The notes beneath the pieces are model-generated. The model searched no databases. It had not been told where the DNA came from and was given only the letters and a program-made list of their open reading frames with translations. Made by a program: the position numbers and the translations under genes. From Bacilli bacterium (lineage in GTDB: Bacteria > Bacillota_I > Bacilli_A > RF39 > UBA660), in the NCBI GenBank assembly GCA_900769635.1, contig CAAGHJ010000014.1, positions 2,584 to 66,583 on the forward strand: 64,000 bases of DNA, written 5' to 3'. This document shows, one piece after another, positions 47,821 to 57,657 of this stretch. Within the stretch, counting starts at the first letter, position 1; each line of letters opens with the position of its first letter.

Positions 47821-49635
47821 ATGGATAACAAAATAAGAAATGTAGCTATCATTGCTCACGTAGACCACGGAAAAACAACGTTTGTCGATAAACTATTACA
47901 AAAATCACACACATTTAGAGATAACGAAAACGTCGACGAAAGAGCAATGGACTATAACGATATAGAAAAAGAAAGAGGAATAACAATCCTTGCCAAAACA
48001 ACAGCAATAAAATATGACGGATATAAAATAAATATATTAGACACCCCAGGTCACGCTGACTTTGGTGGTGAAGTAGAAAGAATAATGAATATGGTTGACG
48101 GAGTAATGCTTTTAGTAGATGCTTACGAAGGAACAATGCCTCAAACAAGATTTGTATTAAAAAAAGCCCTCGAAGCTGGCGTAAAACCAATAGTAGTAAT
48201 AAATAAAGTAGACAAGCCAACTAGTAGAGTAAACGAAGTATTAGATGAAGTATTAGATTTATTCATTGAGCTTGGAGCCGACGATTCACAATTAGATTTC
48301 AAAGTATGTTATGTATCAGCTCTAAACGGAACTTGCAGTATGGATCCAGACGTATCTACACAAAGTGAAGACTATGACCAAATATTTAAACTAATAATAG
48401 ACGAAGTACCAGCTCCTAAGGTAGATCCTAATGCCCCATTAAAGTTTCAACCCGCTCTTTTAGACTATAACGATTATGTGGGACGTATAGGAATAGGACG
48501 CATTAAAGACGGAAAAATCAAAGTAAATGAAATGGTATCTTGCGTAAGATTAGATGGAAGTATTAAACAATTTAGAGTTCAAAAACTATTCGGATTTATA
48601 GGCCTAAAAAAAGTCGAAATAGAAGAAGCATCTGCCGGTGACATAGTAGCCGTTGCAGGACTTGCCGATATATCAGTAGGGGAGACTATTTGTAACCCTG
48701 GTAAGGAAGAAGCCCTTCCAATTCTTAGAATAGATGAACCAACTCTAAAAATGACTTTTATGACTAACAATTCACCATTTGCAGGTCGGGAAGGAAAATT
48801 CATAACAGCTTCTAAAATAGAAGAAAGATTAAATAAAGAAACCCAAAAAGATGTAAGTCTCAAAGTAGAAAAAGCCTCAAACGAATCTTGGACAGTATCT
48901 GGCCGTGGTGAACTACACTTAGGTATACTTATAGAAAATATGCGTAGAGAAGGCTTTGAATTACAAATATCAAAACCAGAAGTAATCATAAAAGAAATAG
49001 ATGGCGTAAAATGTGAACCCTATGAAGCCTTACAAATTGAAGTTCCCGAAGAATCTGTCGGCCCCGTAATAGAAGCCCTAGGATTACGTGGAGCAACTAT
49101 GGAAAATATGACTAATATAAATAACCTAGTTAGACTAAACTATACCATTCCATCAAGAGGCCTTATCGGTTTCTCTACCGATTTTATGACTATGACAAAA
49201 GGATACGGTATTCTAAACCATACATTCAGTGAATTTAAACCAGTTGAAAATATAAATATCGGAGAAAGAAAATTAGGTGTTCTCGTATCAATGGACAACG
49301 GAAAAGCTACCGCATACAGTATTGGTAACCTCGAAGATAGAGGAATAATGTTCATTTTACCAGGAACTGAAGTCTACGAAGGAATGATTATAGGAGAATG
49401 CAATCGTGAAAATGATCTTGCCGTAAACCCTGTTAAAGGAAAACAACTAACAAACACTCGTGCATCAGGTTCGGATCACACAGTTGTACTAAAAAGACCA
49501 CGTCAAATTACCCTTGAATATGCCCTTGATTATATAAACAGAGACGAACTCGTAGAAGTAACACCAGAATCCATTCGTCTTAGAAAAGAAGTATTAAATA
49601 CTGAAGCAAGAAAGAAAGCAGATAGTAGAAGATAA
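47821..49635 (+). CDS. typA: Translational GTPase TypA/BipA
   Basis: G-domain AHVDHGKTT, DTPGH and NKVD motifs. EF-G-like domains. Confidence 0.95.
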   Translation: MDNKIRNVAIIAHVDHGKTTFVDKLLQKSHTFRDNENVDERAMDYNDIEKERGITILAKTTAIKYDGYKINILDTPGHADFGGEVERIMNMVDGVMLLVDAYEGTMPQTRFVLKKALEAGVKPIVVINKVDKPTSRVNEVLDEVLDLFIELGADDSQLDFKVCYVSALNGTCSMDPDVSTQSEDYDQIFKLIIDEVPAPKVDPNAPLKFQPALLDYNDYVGRIGIGRIKDGKIKVNEMVSCVRLDGSIKQFRVQKLFGFIGLKKVEIEEASAGDIVAVAGLADISVGETICNPGKEEALPILRIDEPTLKMTFMTNNSPFAGREGKFITASKIEERLNKETQKDVSLKVEKASNESWTVSGRGELHLGILIENMRREGFELQISKPEVIIKEIDGVKCEPYEALQIEVPEESVGPVIEALGLRGATMENMTNINNLVRLNYTIPSRGLIGFSTDFMTMTKGYGILNHTFSEFKPVENINIGERKLGVLVSMDNGKATAYSIGNLEDRGIMFILPGTEVYEGMIIGECNRENDLAVNPVKGKQLTNTRASGSDHTVVLKRPRQITLEYALDYINRDELVEVTPESIRLRKEVLNTEARKKADSRR

Positions 49636-49748
49636 TCTCTTTCTTTTTTAATTTCTATTAAGACCAATATAAATATCAAATCAAAAACTTTTCTAACCCA
49701 TTTCTCCTAATCTATGGTATAATAAAATTAACAAATAAAAAACAAGTA

Positions 49749-49775
49749 TTAACCCCTAGTAGGGCCAAAAAGAAA
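49749..49775 (+). repeat. GC mini-hairpin plus A-tract motif copy (TTAACCCCtagtaGGGCCAAAAAGAAAA)
   Basis: Lies between an extended -10 (49714-49722) and the RBS, so probably in the 5'UTR. Confidence 0.4.
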
Positions 49776-49788
49776 AGGTGGTAATAGT

Positions 49789-51123
49789 ATGAAAATAATG
49801 GAAGCAAAACAAATTCTCGGATTAGATAAAGGACTCACAACCCTTCCTCTGTTAGAAGAAACCTACTCCAAAATAGAGCATAATAGCGAAATAACCGAAG
49901 CCTATGAAACATACAAAAAATACATAACTTCCCTAAGTTACCAAACCGGGGAAGAACTAATAAATAAAATAAGAAAATATATCGAACCCGTCGGAAAAAT
50001 ATCCGATAAAGAAATAAAAAGAATATTATTTAACCAAAACAATCTTTTAAATAGAGTCCTTTTAAGCATAACTAATCCCAGTAAAGAAAAAAGCACCCTT
50101 AATCTTTGGGTTGCTTATGACCTTTGCTATACAAAAATAGAAGAAAATACTACCTACATCTTAGACAAAATAATAGATACCTTTATCGAAGAAAACAAGT
50201 CCCTAATCAATTCAGATTCCCTTGATCAAAGCCTAAATACCCTAAGAGAAAAACAATTCACAAGAGTACTAAAAGGCGAAATATCCCTAACAAATCTAGT
50301 TATAATAATGACCCTTGAACTAAATAATATCAAACTCACCCTATACACAGAAAAATTAACTGCCATCGAAAAACAAGTAAGAGCATTCGGTCTAAACTCC
50401 AAAATCCAATCAGAACTCAAAGAAAAATACCTCGAAAAATACGTAAGAGACCACATAGATAGAAGTGCCGATTACCAAAAAGAACTAAAAGCCAGCCTTG
50501 CTATCATTATAAGTACTTGCGACAACCTAAAAATAATATTTGACTATAAAGGAATAAATAACGAAGTATATGAAGAATATAAAGAGGCCCTATTGGCACA
50601 TCCATCCATCTCTTCCCTTGAAACATTTTATCAAAAGGCCACATCCAATCTAAACATTGAAGACCTTCCCCTTATAAAATGCCCCAATAAATACTTTGAT
50701 GAAGTAGTGGAGACAACACTTAAAGTAGGGGACGTTGTCAAAATAAATAGAGCTGCCTTTCGTGTAACCACCAATATCGAAAGAAACAAAAAAAGCCCTA
50801 ACAATCTTGCTCGAGCTAAGAAAAATATAACCGCCTCTATATCTTCACTAAACCCCAAATATATGCCCGAAAACGATAAACACGCCCCATACTGTGCTAT
50901 TGATACCATAATAAAACTATATAACCCATCTATCGAAATCACTAAAAAAGGACCAATATATATATTAACTATATATCACGGTGAAACCAAAACAAAAATT
51001 CTTGAATTAACATCAAACAACCCCTCTCATCTACTCCTTAGTCTCGATAAACACTACCACGAGGTACCATTAAGCGAAATAGATCAAGAATTTTACCCAA
51101 CCAGCAACTCAAAACAAAGATAA
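49789..51123 (+). CDS. Hypothetical protein (444 aa), same frame as and immediately upstream of the AddB-like nuclease
   Basis: RBS AAAAGGTGG. No recognisable motifs. Confidence 0.45.
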   Translation: MKIMEAKQILGLDKGLTTLPLLEETYSKIEHNSEITEAYETYKKYITSLSYQTGEELINKIRKYIEPVGKISDKEIKRILFNQNNLLNRVLLSITNPSKEKSTLNLWVAYDLCYTKIEENTTYILDKIIDTFIEENKSLINSDSLDQSLNTLREKQFTRVLKGEISLTNLVIIMTLELNNIKLTLYTEKLTAIEKQVRAFGLNSKIQSELKEKYLEKYVRDHIDRSADYQKELKASLAIIISTCDNLKIIFDYKGINNEVYEEYKEALLAHPSISSLETFYQKATSNLNIEDLPLIKCPNKYFDEVVETTLKVGDVVKINRAAFRVTTNIERNKKSPNNLARAKKNITASISSLNPKYMPENDKHAPYCAIDTIIKLYNPSIEITKKGPIYILTIYHGETKTKILELTSNNPSHLLLSLDKHYHEVPLSEIDQEFYPTSNSKQR

Positions 51124-51138
51124 CAGAAAGGATAACAA

Positions 51139-53433
51139 ATGAAACCAAAGATAATAATATGCCCAAACGAAACCAAAAACTATAAATTAAAACACACCAC
51201 CGACTATACCCAAAACATAAAATACTTAACTCTAAGTGAAGTATATAAAAGTATCTATTTCACTTATGACCAAAAAGCAGTATATCACATAATGAATAAA
51301 TACCATATCAAATGCGAAGTTGCCCAAATATACCTAAAAAATCTTCACTATATCGAAGATAAAGACTATCAAAATAACAAATTAAATAAACTAGTTGCCA
51401 TAAAAAAAACACTCGAAGCCGAAAAACTACTAATATACGATAAATACTTCCCAAAACTATTACAAGGAAAAGAAATAATAATAGAGGGCTACCCATATCT
51501 AACCGAAGAAGACCATAAACTAATAAATAACTTACAAAAATACACTACAGTAAAAGTAAATGACCCCCAATCCCCAAAATACACTCCAACAACATTATAT
51601 ACATTCAATACCCCCGAAGACGAATTAGCCTTTGTTGCCACAAATATATGCAAACTAATAAAAGAAGGAACACCACTACAAAACATAATAATAACCAACC
51701 TTCCCGATAACTATAAAATAAGGATGCAACGCATAATGAACTTTTTCAACATAAAAACAAGTATAACATCAGAAGTAACCCTCTATGATATCCCCGAAGT
51801 AAAAAAATATCTACAAACCTTTAATCTATCCGATATAAAAGATACCCTTGTCAAAAGCAAAGTAGTAAATATCCTAAACAATTACACTTGGTCCTCTCCC
51901 AAAGAAGTCCAAGAACTCCTTATAAACGATTTCAAAACCACATCATATACTCCCCAAAAATACAAAAATACTATCCAAGTTGTAAACCTAAACACTTACG
52001 TTCCCCAAGATGAAGATCACGTATTTCTTCTTTCCTTCAATACCGACAACATCCCCACCATCCATAAAGATGAGGAATACATAACCGATAATATCGCTTC
52101 CAAAGTAGGGAAGAGTACCACTACAAAATTAAATAAATTAGAAAAAGAAGCCACTATAAATAAAATAAAAAGCATCAAAAATCTAATCATAACAAATAAA
52201 AAGAAAGACGGAACCACCGAATCATACCCATCCGTTCTCACCAGTATCCTTTCCTTAGAAACAAAATATCCAAACGAAGACTATACCTATTCAAATACAT
52301 ATAATAACTTAAAACTAGCCAGTAAACTAGACACTTATATAAAATATAGCGAAAAAACAATCGGTCTAATCCCCTTACTATCCCATTATAAAAATATAAA
52401 CTACCTAACCTATAACAATACATTTACAAAAGTACCATATCACCAAGATAATCTAACCCTTTCATATACTACAGTGGATACATACAATAAGTGTGCTTTC
52501 AGATACTACATAAATAATGTCCTCAAGTTAAGCATATACGAGGACACCTTTATGACCTATATCGGATCCCTTTATCATTACGTACTATCCCAAGCCTTTA
52601 CCGAAAACTTTGCCTTTGATAAAGAATACGAAGACTATATCCATAGCCATACCCGCATCTTTACAACCAAAGAACTCCATTTCATAAATAAACTAAAAGA
52701 TGAGCTAAAATACATCATAAAAATCATAAACAAACAATACACCTATACAACATTTAATAAAGCCCTATACGAGGAAGAAATAACCATTCCCCTTGCCGAA
52801 AACGTAACCTTTAAAGGAATAATAGATAAGCTCCTTTATAAAGAAGAAGAGAATGAAACTCTTGTCGCTATCATAGATTACAAAACCGGCAATCTAAAAT
52901 TAAATCTCAACAATATCATTTACGGCCTTAGCCTTCAACTTCCCGTATACCTATACTTAACCAAACACGGGACCAAATTAAAAAATCCCCTCATCGTCGG
53001 CTTCTATCTCCAAAAAATACTCCATAATGAAATTTCCCGTAGTGACAAAAAAACATATCAAGAACTAAAAGAAGAAAGCCTCAAATTAGGAGGATATTCC
53101 CTAAATAAAGAAAATATATTAGAAAAATTCGACACAAGCTATAATAATAGTAAGGTAGTAGCCTCTCTAAAAACAACCAATAAAGGCTTCTATCACTATT
53201 CCAAAGTATTAAGTGAAGAACAAATAAATAAAATCATAGACATAACTGAACAAAAAATACTTGAAGTCAAAGACAATATCCAAGCCGGTCATTTCCAAAT
53301 CAATCCCAAAAAAATAGGAAATAACAATTTAGGATGCGAATATTGCCAGTATAAAGACATCTGTTTTATGCGTCCCGAAGACATAATAAACCTCGAAGAA
53401 CACACAAATTTAGATTTTTTAGACCAAAACTAA
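51139..53433 (+). CDS. AddB/RexB-like PD-(D/E)xK nuclease with a C-terminal Fe-S cysteine cluster (short form, no Walker A)
   Basis: C-terminal AIIDYKTG...YGLSLQLPVYLYL and CEYCQYKDIC match the AddB nuclease domain with its 4-Cys cluster. Confidence 0.6.
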   Translation: MKPKIIICPNETKNYKLKHTTDYTQNIKYLTLSEVYKSIYFTYDQKAVYHIMNKYHIKCEVAQIYLKNLHYIEDKDYQNNKLNKLVAIKKTLEAEKLLIYDKYFPKLLQGKEIIIEGYPYLTEEDHKLINNLQKYTTVKVNDPQSPKYTPTTLYTFNTPEDELAFVATNICKLIKEGTPLQNIIITNLPDNYKIRMQRIMNFFNIKTSITSEVTLYDIPEVKKYLQTFNLSDIKDTLVKSKVVNILNNYTWSSPKEVQELLINDFKTTSYTPQKYKNTIQVVNLNTYVPQDEDHVFLLSFNTDNIPTIHKDEEYITDNIASKVGKSTTTKLNKLEKEATINKIKSIKNLIITNKKKDGTTESYPSVLTSILSLETKYPNEDYTYSNTYNNLKLASKLDTYIKYSEKTIGLIPLLSHYKNINYLTYNNTFTKVPYHQDNLTLSYTTVDTYNKCAFRYYINNVLKLSIYEDTFMTYIGSLYHYVLSQAFTENFAFDKEYEDYIHSHTRIFTTKELHFINKLKDELKYIIKIINKQYTYTTFNKALYEEEITIPLAENVTFKGIIDKLLYKEEENETLVAIIDYKTGNLKLNLNNIIYGLSLQLPVYLYLTKHGTKLKNPLIVGFYLQKILHNEISRSDKKTYQELKEESLKLGGYSLNKENILEKFDTSYNNSKVVASLKTTNKGFYHYSKVLSEEQINKIIDITEQKILEVKDNIQAGHFQINPKKIGNNNLGCEYCQYKDICFMRPEDIINLEEHTNLDFLDQN

Positions 53434-53448
53434 AAAAAATTCAAAAAA

Positions 53449-53501
53449 TTGCTAATTAATACTTGCATTTCTAAAAAAAATATGATATATTTAATTAGCA
53501 A
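53449..53501 (+). promoter_or_regulatory. 11-bp inverted repeat TTGCTAATTAA...TTAATTAGCAA bracketing the putative tRNA promoter
   Basis: Perfect 11-bp inverted repeat separated by 31 nt that contains TTGCAT...TATAT. Confidence 0.3.
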
Positions 53502-53510
53502 TGAGCATTT

Positions 53511-53587
53511 GGACCCTTAGCTCAGTTGGTTAGAGCACGCGGCTCATAACCGTGCGGTCATAGGTTCGAGTCCTATAGGGTCCACCA
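53511..53587 (+). tRNA. tRNA with CAT anticodon; the body resembles tRNA-Ile2 (lysidine) more than initiator or elongator Met
   Basis: GGACCCTTAGCTCAGTTGGTTAGAGC... anticodon loop CTCATAA. G1-C72 and a C29-G41 pair argue against initiator. Confidence 0.8.
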
Positions 53588-53592
53588 TCTAT

Positions 53593-53676
53593 GCGAGTGT
53601 GGCGGAATTGGCAGACGCGCTAGACTTAGGATCTAGTGGTATATCCGTGGGGGTTCAAGTCCCTTCACTCGCACCA
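53593..53676 (+). tRNA. tRNA-Leu (anticodon TAG)
   Basis: GCGAGTG...anticodon loop CTTAGGA...long variable arm...CACTCGCACCA. Confidence 0.85.
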
Positions 53677-53690
53677 TTAAAGATTATTAT

Positions 53691-53713
53691 CCCTTAGCAT
53701 ATAAGGGTTTTTA
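53691..53713 (+). terminator. rho-independent terminator after the tRNA pair
   Basis: CCCTTA-GCATA-TAAGGG followed by TTTTT. Confidence 0.55.
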
Positions 53714-53739
53714 TTATATAAAAAGAAAGGAAAAAAACT

Positions 53740-54228
53740 ATGAACCAAGATATTAAGATTGAAACACCCCATCAAAATTTCAAAATGCGTGTAGCAGCCA
53801 TTATCAAAAAAAACAATAAAATACTATTTACCAAGATGAACAACAACGATTTTTACTGCCTCCCAGGTGGCTATGCCTCTCTCGGAGAAACCACTAAGGA
53901 GGCCCTCGAACGAGAATTACAAGAAGAAATAGGAGAGTTAATAAAAGTAGAAACCTATCAAGGCCTTATCGAAAACTTTTTCCAAAATAACAAACAAAAA
54001 AACATTCACGAATTATCCTTCTATTATGAAGCCTCATCCCAAAACCTTCCCGATGAAAACTTTACCCACACAGAAATAGATCACGGCTTCGAAATAACAC
54101 AGAACCTCTTTTGGCTTGAAATAGAAAAACTAGATAACTATAACATAAAACCCCAAGAACTAATACCATTCTTAAAAACAAACAAACCCCTAAATCATAT
54201 CATCATAAACAAAACCAAAGACATCTAA
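53740..54228 (+). CDS. NUDIX hydrolase
   Basis: Nudix box GGYASLGETTKEALERELQEEIGE. Confidence 0.8.
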   Translation: MNQDIKIETPHQNFKMRVAAIIKKNNKILFTKMNNNDFYCLPGGYASLGETTKEALERELQEEIGELIKVETYQGLIENFFQNNKQKNIHELSFYYEASSQNLPDENFTHTEIDHGFEITQNLFWLEIEKLDNYNIKPQELIPFLKTNKPLNHIIINKTKDI

Positions 54229-54280
54229 GTCTTTTTCCTTTTACCAGTTCAATTTCTATGCAAAGAACCAATCCCCTTAT

Positions 54281-54304
54281 GTACCCCCCTTAGGGCCAAA
54301 AAAA
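54281..54304 (+). repeat. GC mini-hairpin plus A-tract motif copy (GTACCCCCCTTAGGGCCAAAAAAAA)
   Basis: Lies about 45 nt upstream of the extended -10 for recD2. Preceded by a second CCCCTTA. Confidence 0.4.
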
Positions 54305-54383
54305 AGAAAAAAATAACCAAACTTACCCTTTCGTTTGTATCCAAAATATGCTATAATGAAAAAAGAACAAAGCAGGTGATACA

Positions 54384-56552
54384 ATGAATTACATAATAGG
54401 CAAAGTAACCCATATAATCTTCCGAAACGAAATAAGTGGCTATACCGTAGGCGTCCTAAAAATCAAAGAAACAGACCTCTCGGTGACCAATACAACCCTA
54501 AATTTTGTTGGAAGTTTTCCCCAAATCAAAGAAAAAGAAACACATAAGTTTATTGGCGAATATAATAACCATACCAAATACGGAAAACAATTTGTTGTCG
54601 AAACTACCGAAAACATCCTTCCCACTCAAAAAGATGAACTAGTCGAATACCTATCCAGTGACATTTTCCCTATCGGCATCAAAACCGCTCAAAAAATAGT
54701 AGAAAGATTTACCTCCGAAACCATAGAAACAATCAAAAATGACCCCGATGCCCTAACCCAAATAAAAGGAATAAGCCTCGCTAAAGCCAAGAAAATCCAC
54801 GAAAAAATGCTCCAATACGACGCCACAAATCAAATCGCCCTAGATCTTGGCAAACTCGGCTTCACCACCTCGGAAACATTTACAATAATTAAACACTACG
54901 ACACCCGTGCCCTCGAAAAAGTGAACGAAAACATCTACGAAGTCGGCGAAAAACTCGAACTCCCTTTCAATACCATTGACCAAATCGCTCTACAAGGCCT
55001 AAAAATCGAAGCCACCGACCAAAGACGCATCCAAAGCACCATTACTCATATAATATCCGAAATGACCTTTAATACCGGAGACACTTACGTATCCCTAGAA
55101 GACCTAATAAAAAATCTCCTCCTCACCATACCCACATTAAACGAAGATGACATAGAATACAATCTCCTTTACCTCGAAAAAAAACAAAAAATAAACATCA
55201 ACGAAAAAGAAATACAACTAAAAAAATTCTATGAGGCCGAAAAAAATATAAGCAGTAGAGTAGCCCATCTCCTAAACCAAAAAACCAAACCCCAAAAAAA
55301 CATAAATACCCAAATAAACTATCTAGAAATAAAAAACAAAATAACTTACGATACTAGCCAAAAAGATGCCATATTAGGAGCCCTCAATAACAATATAATA
55401 ATCATAACTGGTGGCCCTGGAACCGGAAAAACCACCATCGTCAAAGCCATAATATATCTCCTAAAAGAACTATACAAAGCAAGTAACGATGAAATCGCTC
55501 TCCTCGCTCCCACAGGCCGTGCCAGTAAAAGACTAACCGAAAGTACCAACCTTCCTGCCCAAACAATCCATAGATACCTAGGTTGGGACAAAGACACCGG
55601 CCACTTCGAAGCCAATATCAATAATCCCAATAAAGAAAAATACATAATAGTAGACGAATCCAGTATGATAGACACCATCCTCCTCTCATCCCTTTTTGAC
55701 GGAACAAAAAAAGACGCCAAATACATATTCGTAGGCGACCACCACCAACTCCCCAGCGTAGGTGAAGGCCAAATCCTAAGAGACCTAATCGCTTCCCAAA
55801 CAATAAAAGTCGTAAAACTAAACTGTCTCTATCGACAAAACGAAGGATCCTATATAATCGATTTAGCTGACGAAATACGAAACAAAAACCTAAACCCCCA
55901 TTTTACAACCATAAAAGACGATTACAACTTCATCGAATGCCCATCCGACTATATCTCCGGTGTCATAACAACAGTAATCCAAAAAGCCCTAAGTAGAGGC
56001 TTCAAAAAAGAAGATATCCAAATCCTTGCCCCAATGTATAAAACCATTTGCGGTATCGATAACCTAAATAAACAAACCCAATCAATAATGAATCCACCAA
56101 GTCCCCACAAAAACGAAGTAACCACCGGTGATATAACCTACCGCGAAGGCGATAGAGTCCTCCAACTAGTAAACGACTCCGATAAAAACATCTATAACGG
56201 TGATCTCGGTTATATAAAAACAATCCATAAAACCAACAAAACCACCGAAATAACCATAGACTACGATGGAAATACCATAACATATACACCCAAAGACTAT
56301 CCCAACTTCACACACGGATACGCCATTTCTATTCATAAATCCCAAGGCGGAGAATTCCCCATAGTCATAATCCCATTCAGTAAATCCTTCAAAAGAATGC
56401 TCTATAACAAACTAGTCTATACCGCCGTAACCAGAGCCAAAAAAACACTCATTCTCGTCGGAGACAAAGAAGCCTTCATTTATGGCGTAAATAACAATTA
56501 CGGAAATCGCAAAACAAACCTAAAAGAACAATTAAAAAGTATAAAAAAATAA
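54384..56552 (+). CDS. recD2: RecD2-like ATP-dependent DNA helicase (YrrC)
   Basis: HhH region, Walker A GGPGTGKTT, GDHHQLPSVG, and a C-terminal SH3-like plus UvrD_C region. Confidence 0.85.
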   Translation: MNYIIGKVTHIIFRNEISGYTVGVLKIKETDLSVTNTTLNFVGSFPQIKEKETHKFIGEYNNHTKYGKQFVVETTENILPTQKDELVEYLSSDIFPIGIKTAQKIVERFTSETIETIKNDPDALTQIKGISLAKAKKIHEKMLQYDATNQIALDLGKLGFTTSETFTIIKHYDTRALEKVNENIYEVGEKLELPFNTIDQIALQGLKIEATDQRRIQSTITHIISEMTFNTGDTYVSLEDLIKNLLLTIPTLNEDDIEYNLLYLEKKQKININEKEIQLKKFYEAEKNISSRVAHLLNQKTKPQKNINTQINYLEIKNKITYDTSQKDAILGALNNNIIIITGGPGTGKTTIVKAIIYLLKELYKASNDEIALLAPTGRASKRLTESTNLPAQTIHRYLGWDKDTGHFEANINNPNKEKYIIVDESSMIDTILLSSLFDGTKKDAKYIFVGDHHQLPSVGEGQILRDLIASQTIKVVKLNCLYRQNEGSYIIDLADEIRNKNLNPHFTTIKDDYNFIECPSDYISGVITTVIQKALSRGFKKEDIQILAPMYKTICGIDNLNKQTQSIMNPPSPHKNEVTTGDITYREGDRVLQLVNDSDKNIYNGDLGYIKTIHKTNKTTEITIDYDGNTITYTPKDYPNFTHGYAISIHKSQGGEFPIVIIPFSKSFKRMLYNKLVYTAVTRAKKTLILVGDKEAFIYGVNNNYGNRKTNLKEQLKSIKK

Positions 56553-56615
56553 AAACAAACCATACTAAAAACGGTACCAAAAGTACCAGTCATAGACTCT
56601 AAAAGGGGTGATAAT

Positions 56616-56768
56616 GTGAATGCAAAAACCAGTATGGCTATGGTTGCCCTTGGAGTAGGGGGAACTCTACTATATCAAAATGTCAAAAACGGAAATGTAA
56701 AAAAATGGGTAAGAAATATGAATAAAGCCAAAACCAAAGCCATCGAAGACTTAGAAGATATGATGTAA
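56616..56768 (+). CDS. Small hypothetical protein (~50 aa): hydrophobic N-terminal helix plus charged tail
   Basis: GTG start 7 nt after AAGGGG. MAMVALGVGGTLLY helix. Followed by a terminator. Confidence 0.35.
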   Translation: MNAKTSMAMVALGVGGTLLYQNVKNGNVKKWVRNMNKAKTKAIEDLEDMM

Positions 56769-56773
56769 TAAAA

Positions 56774-56798
56774 GTAAGCCAATCAAGGCTTGCTTTTA
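56774..56798 (+). terminator. rho-independent terminator
   Basis: GTAAGCC-AATCA-GGCTTGC followed by TTTT. Confidence 0.5.
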
Positions 56799-56814
56799 TT
56801 ACACCTTACCCATC

Positions 56815-56845
56815 TGTATAAAAAATAACTTTCAATAACAAAATA
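56815..56845 (+). promoter_or_regulatory. Candidate forespore (sigF/sigG-type) promoter GTATA-18-CAAAATA upstream of sigG
   Basis: Resembles GnATA...CATnnTA. Imperfect match. Confidence 0.25.
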
Positions 56846-56862
56846 AAAAGAAAGGAGAAAAT

Positions 56863-57636
56863 ATGGCACGAAATAAAGTAGAAATAAGCAATCTAAACAC
56901 ATCAAATATAAAAGTATTAACTGATGAAGAGACCAAAAACCTCTTCCAAAAAATCAAAGAAGGTGACCCATTTGCCCGTGAGGATCTCATAAATGGCAAC
57001 CTCAAACTAGTACTAAGCTGTCTCAAAAAATTCTATGGGAAAGTAGATAACCTTGATGATCTCTTCCAAGTAGGTTGCCTCGGCCTCGTCAAAGCTATTG
57101 ACAATTTCAACACCAATTACGATGTAAAACTCTCAACTTATGCCTGTCCAATGATTTGTGGCGAAATAAAACGCTATCTCCGCGATAACTCCTCCCTAAG
57201 AATTTCCCGCAGTCTCAAAGATATCGCTTACAAGGCCCTAAAACTAAAAAACGAACACATCCTCACCACTGGCAAAGAGATGCCTGACAAAGACATAGCA
57301 GCAGCCCTTGATGTTACCGAATACGAAGTCACAAGTGCCCTTGAGGCCCTACGGGAACCCGTTAGTATGTATGAACCAATATACAACGACGGCGGTGACA
57401 CTATCTATCTTTACGATCAACTAAAAGAAAAAGAAAAAGACTACGATCTCGATTATCTCCTTGCTCTAAATAAAGCAATGGATAAACTAAAAGATAGAGA
57501 AATCCATATACTAAATGAAAGATATATAGTAGGCAAAACCCAAATGGAACTTGCTAGCGAACTAGGAATATCCCAAGCTCAAATATCAAGAATAGAAAAT
57601 AATTCCATAAAAGTCCTAAGAAAGAATATAAAGTAA
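56863..57636 (+). CDS. sigG: Sporulation sigma factor SigG (sigma-G/F family)
   Basis: MARNKVEISNL...DLINGNLKLVLS...DDLFQVGCLGLVKAIDNF...YACPMICGEIKRYLRD is close to Bacillus SigG. Confidence 0.8.
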   Translation: MARNKVEISNLNTSNIKVLTDEETKNLFQKIKEGDPFAREDLINGNLKLVLSCLKKFYGKVDNLDDLFQVGCLGLVKAIDNFNTNYDVKLSTYACPMICGEIKRYLRDNSSLRISRSLKDIAYKALKLKNEHILTTGKEMPDKDIAAALDVTEYEVTSALEALREPVSMYEPIYNDGGDTIYLYDQLKEKEKDYDLDYLLALNKAMDKLKDREIHILNERYIVGKTQMELASELGISQAQISRIENNSIKVLRKNIK

Positions 57637-57657
57637 TATACTTAAATAGGTGATACT

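Noticed and set aside
53511-53587. Calling the CAT-anticodon tRNA initiator tRNA-fMet
   Set aside because: It has a G1-C72 pair and a C29-G41 rather than G29-C41 anticodon-stem pair. The body resembles tRNA-Ile, which favours tRNA-Ile2 (lysidine) or elongator Met.
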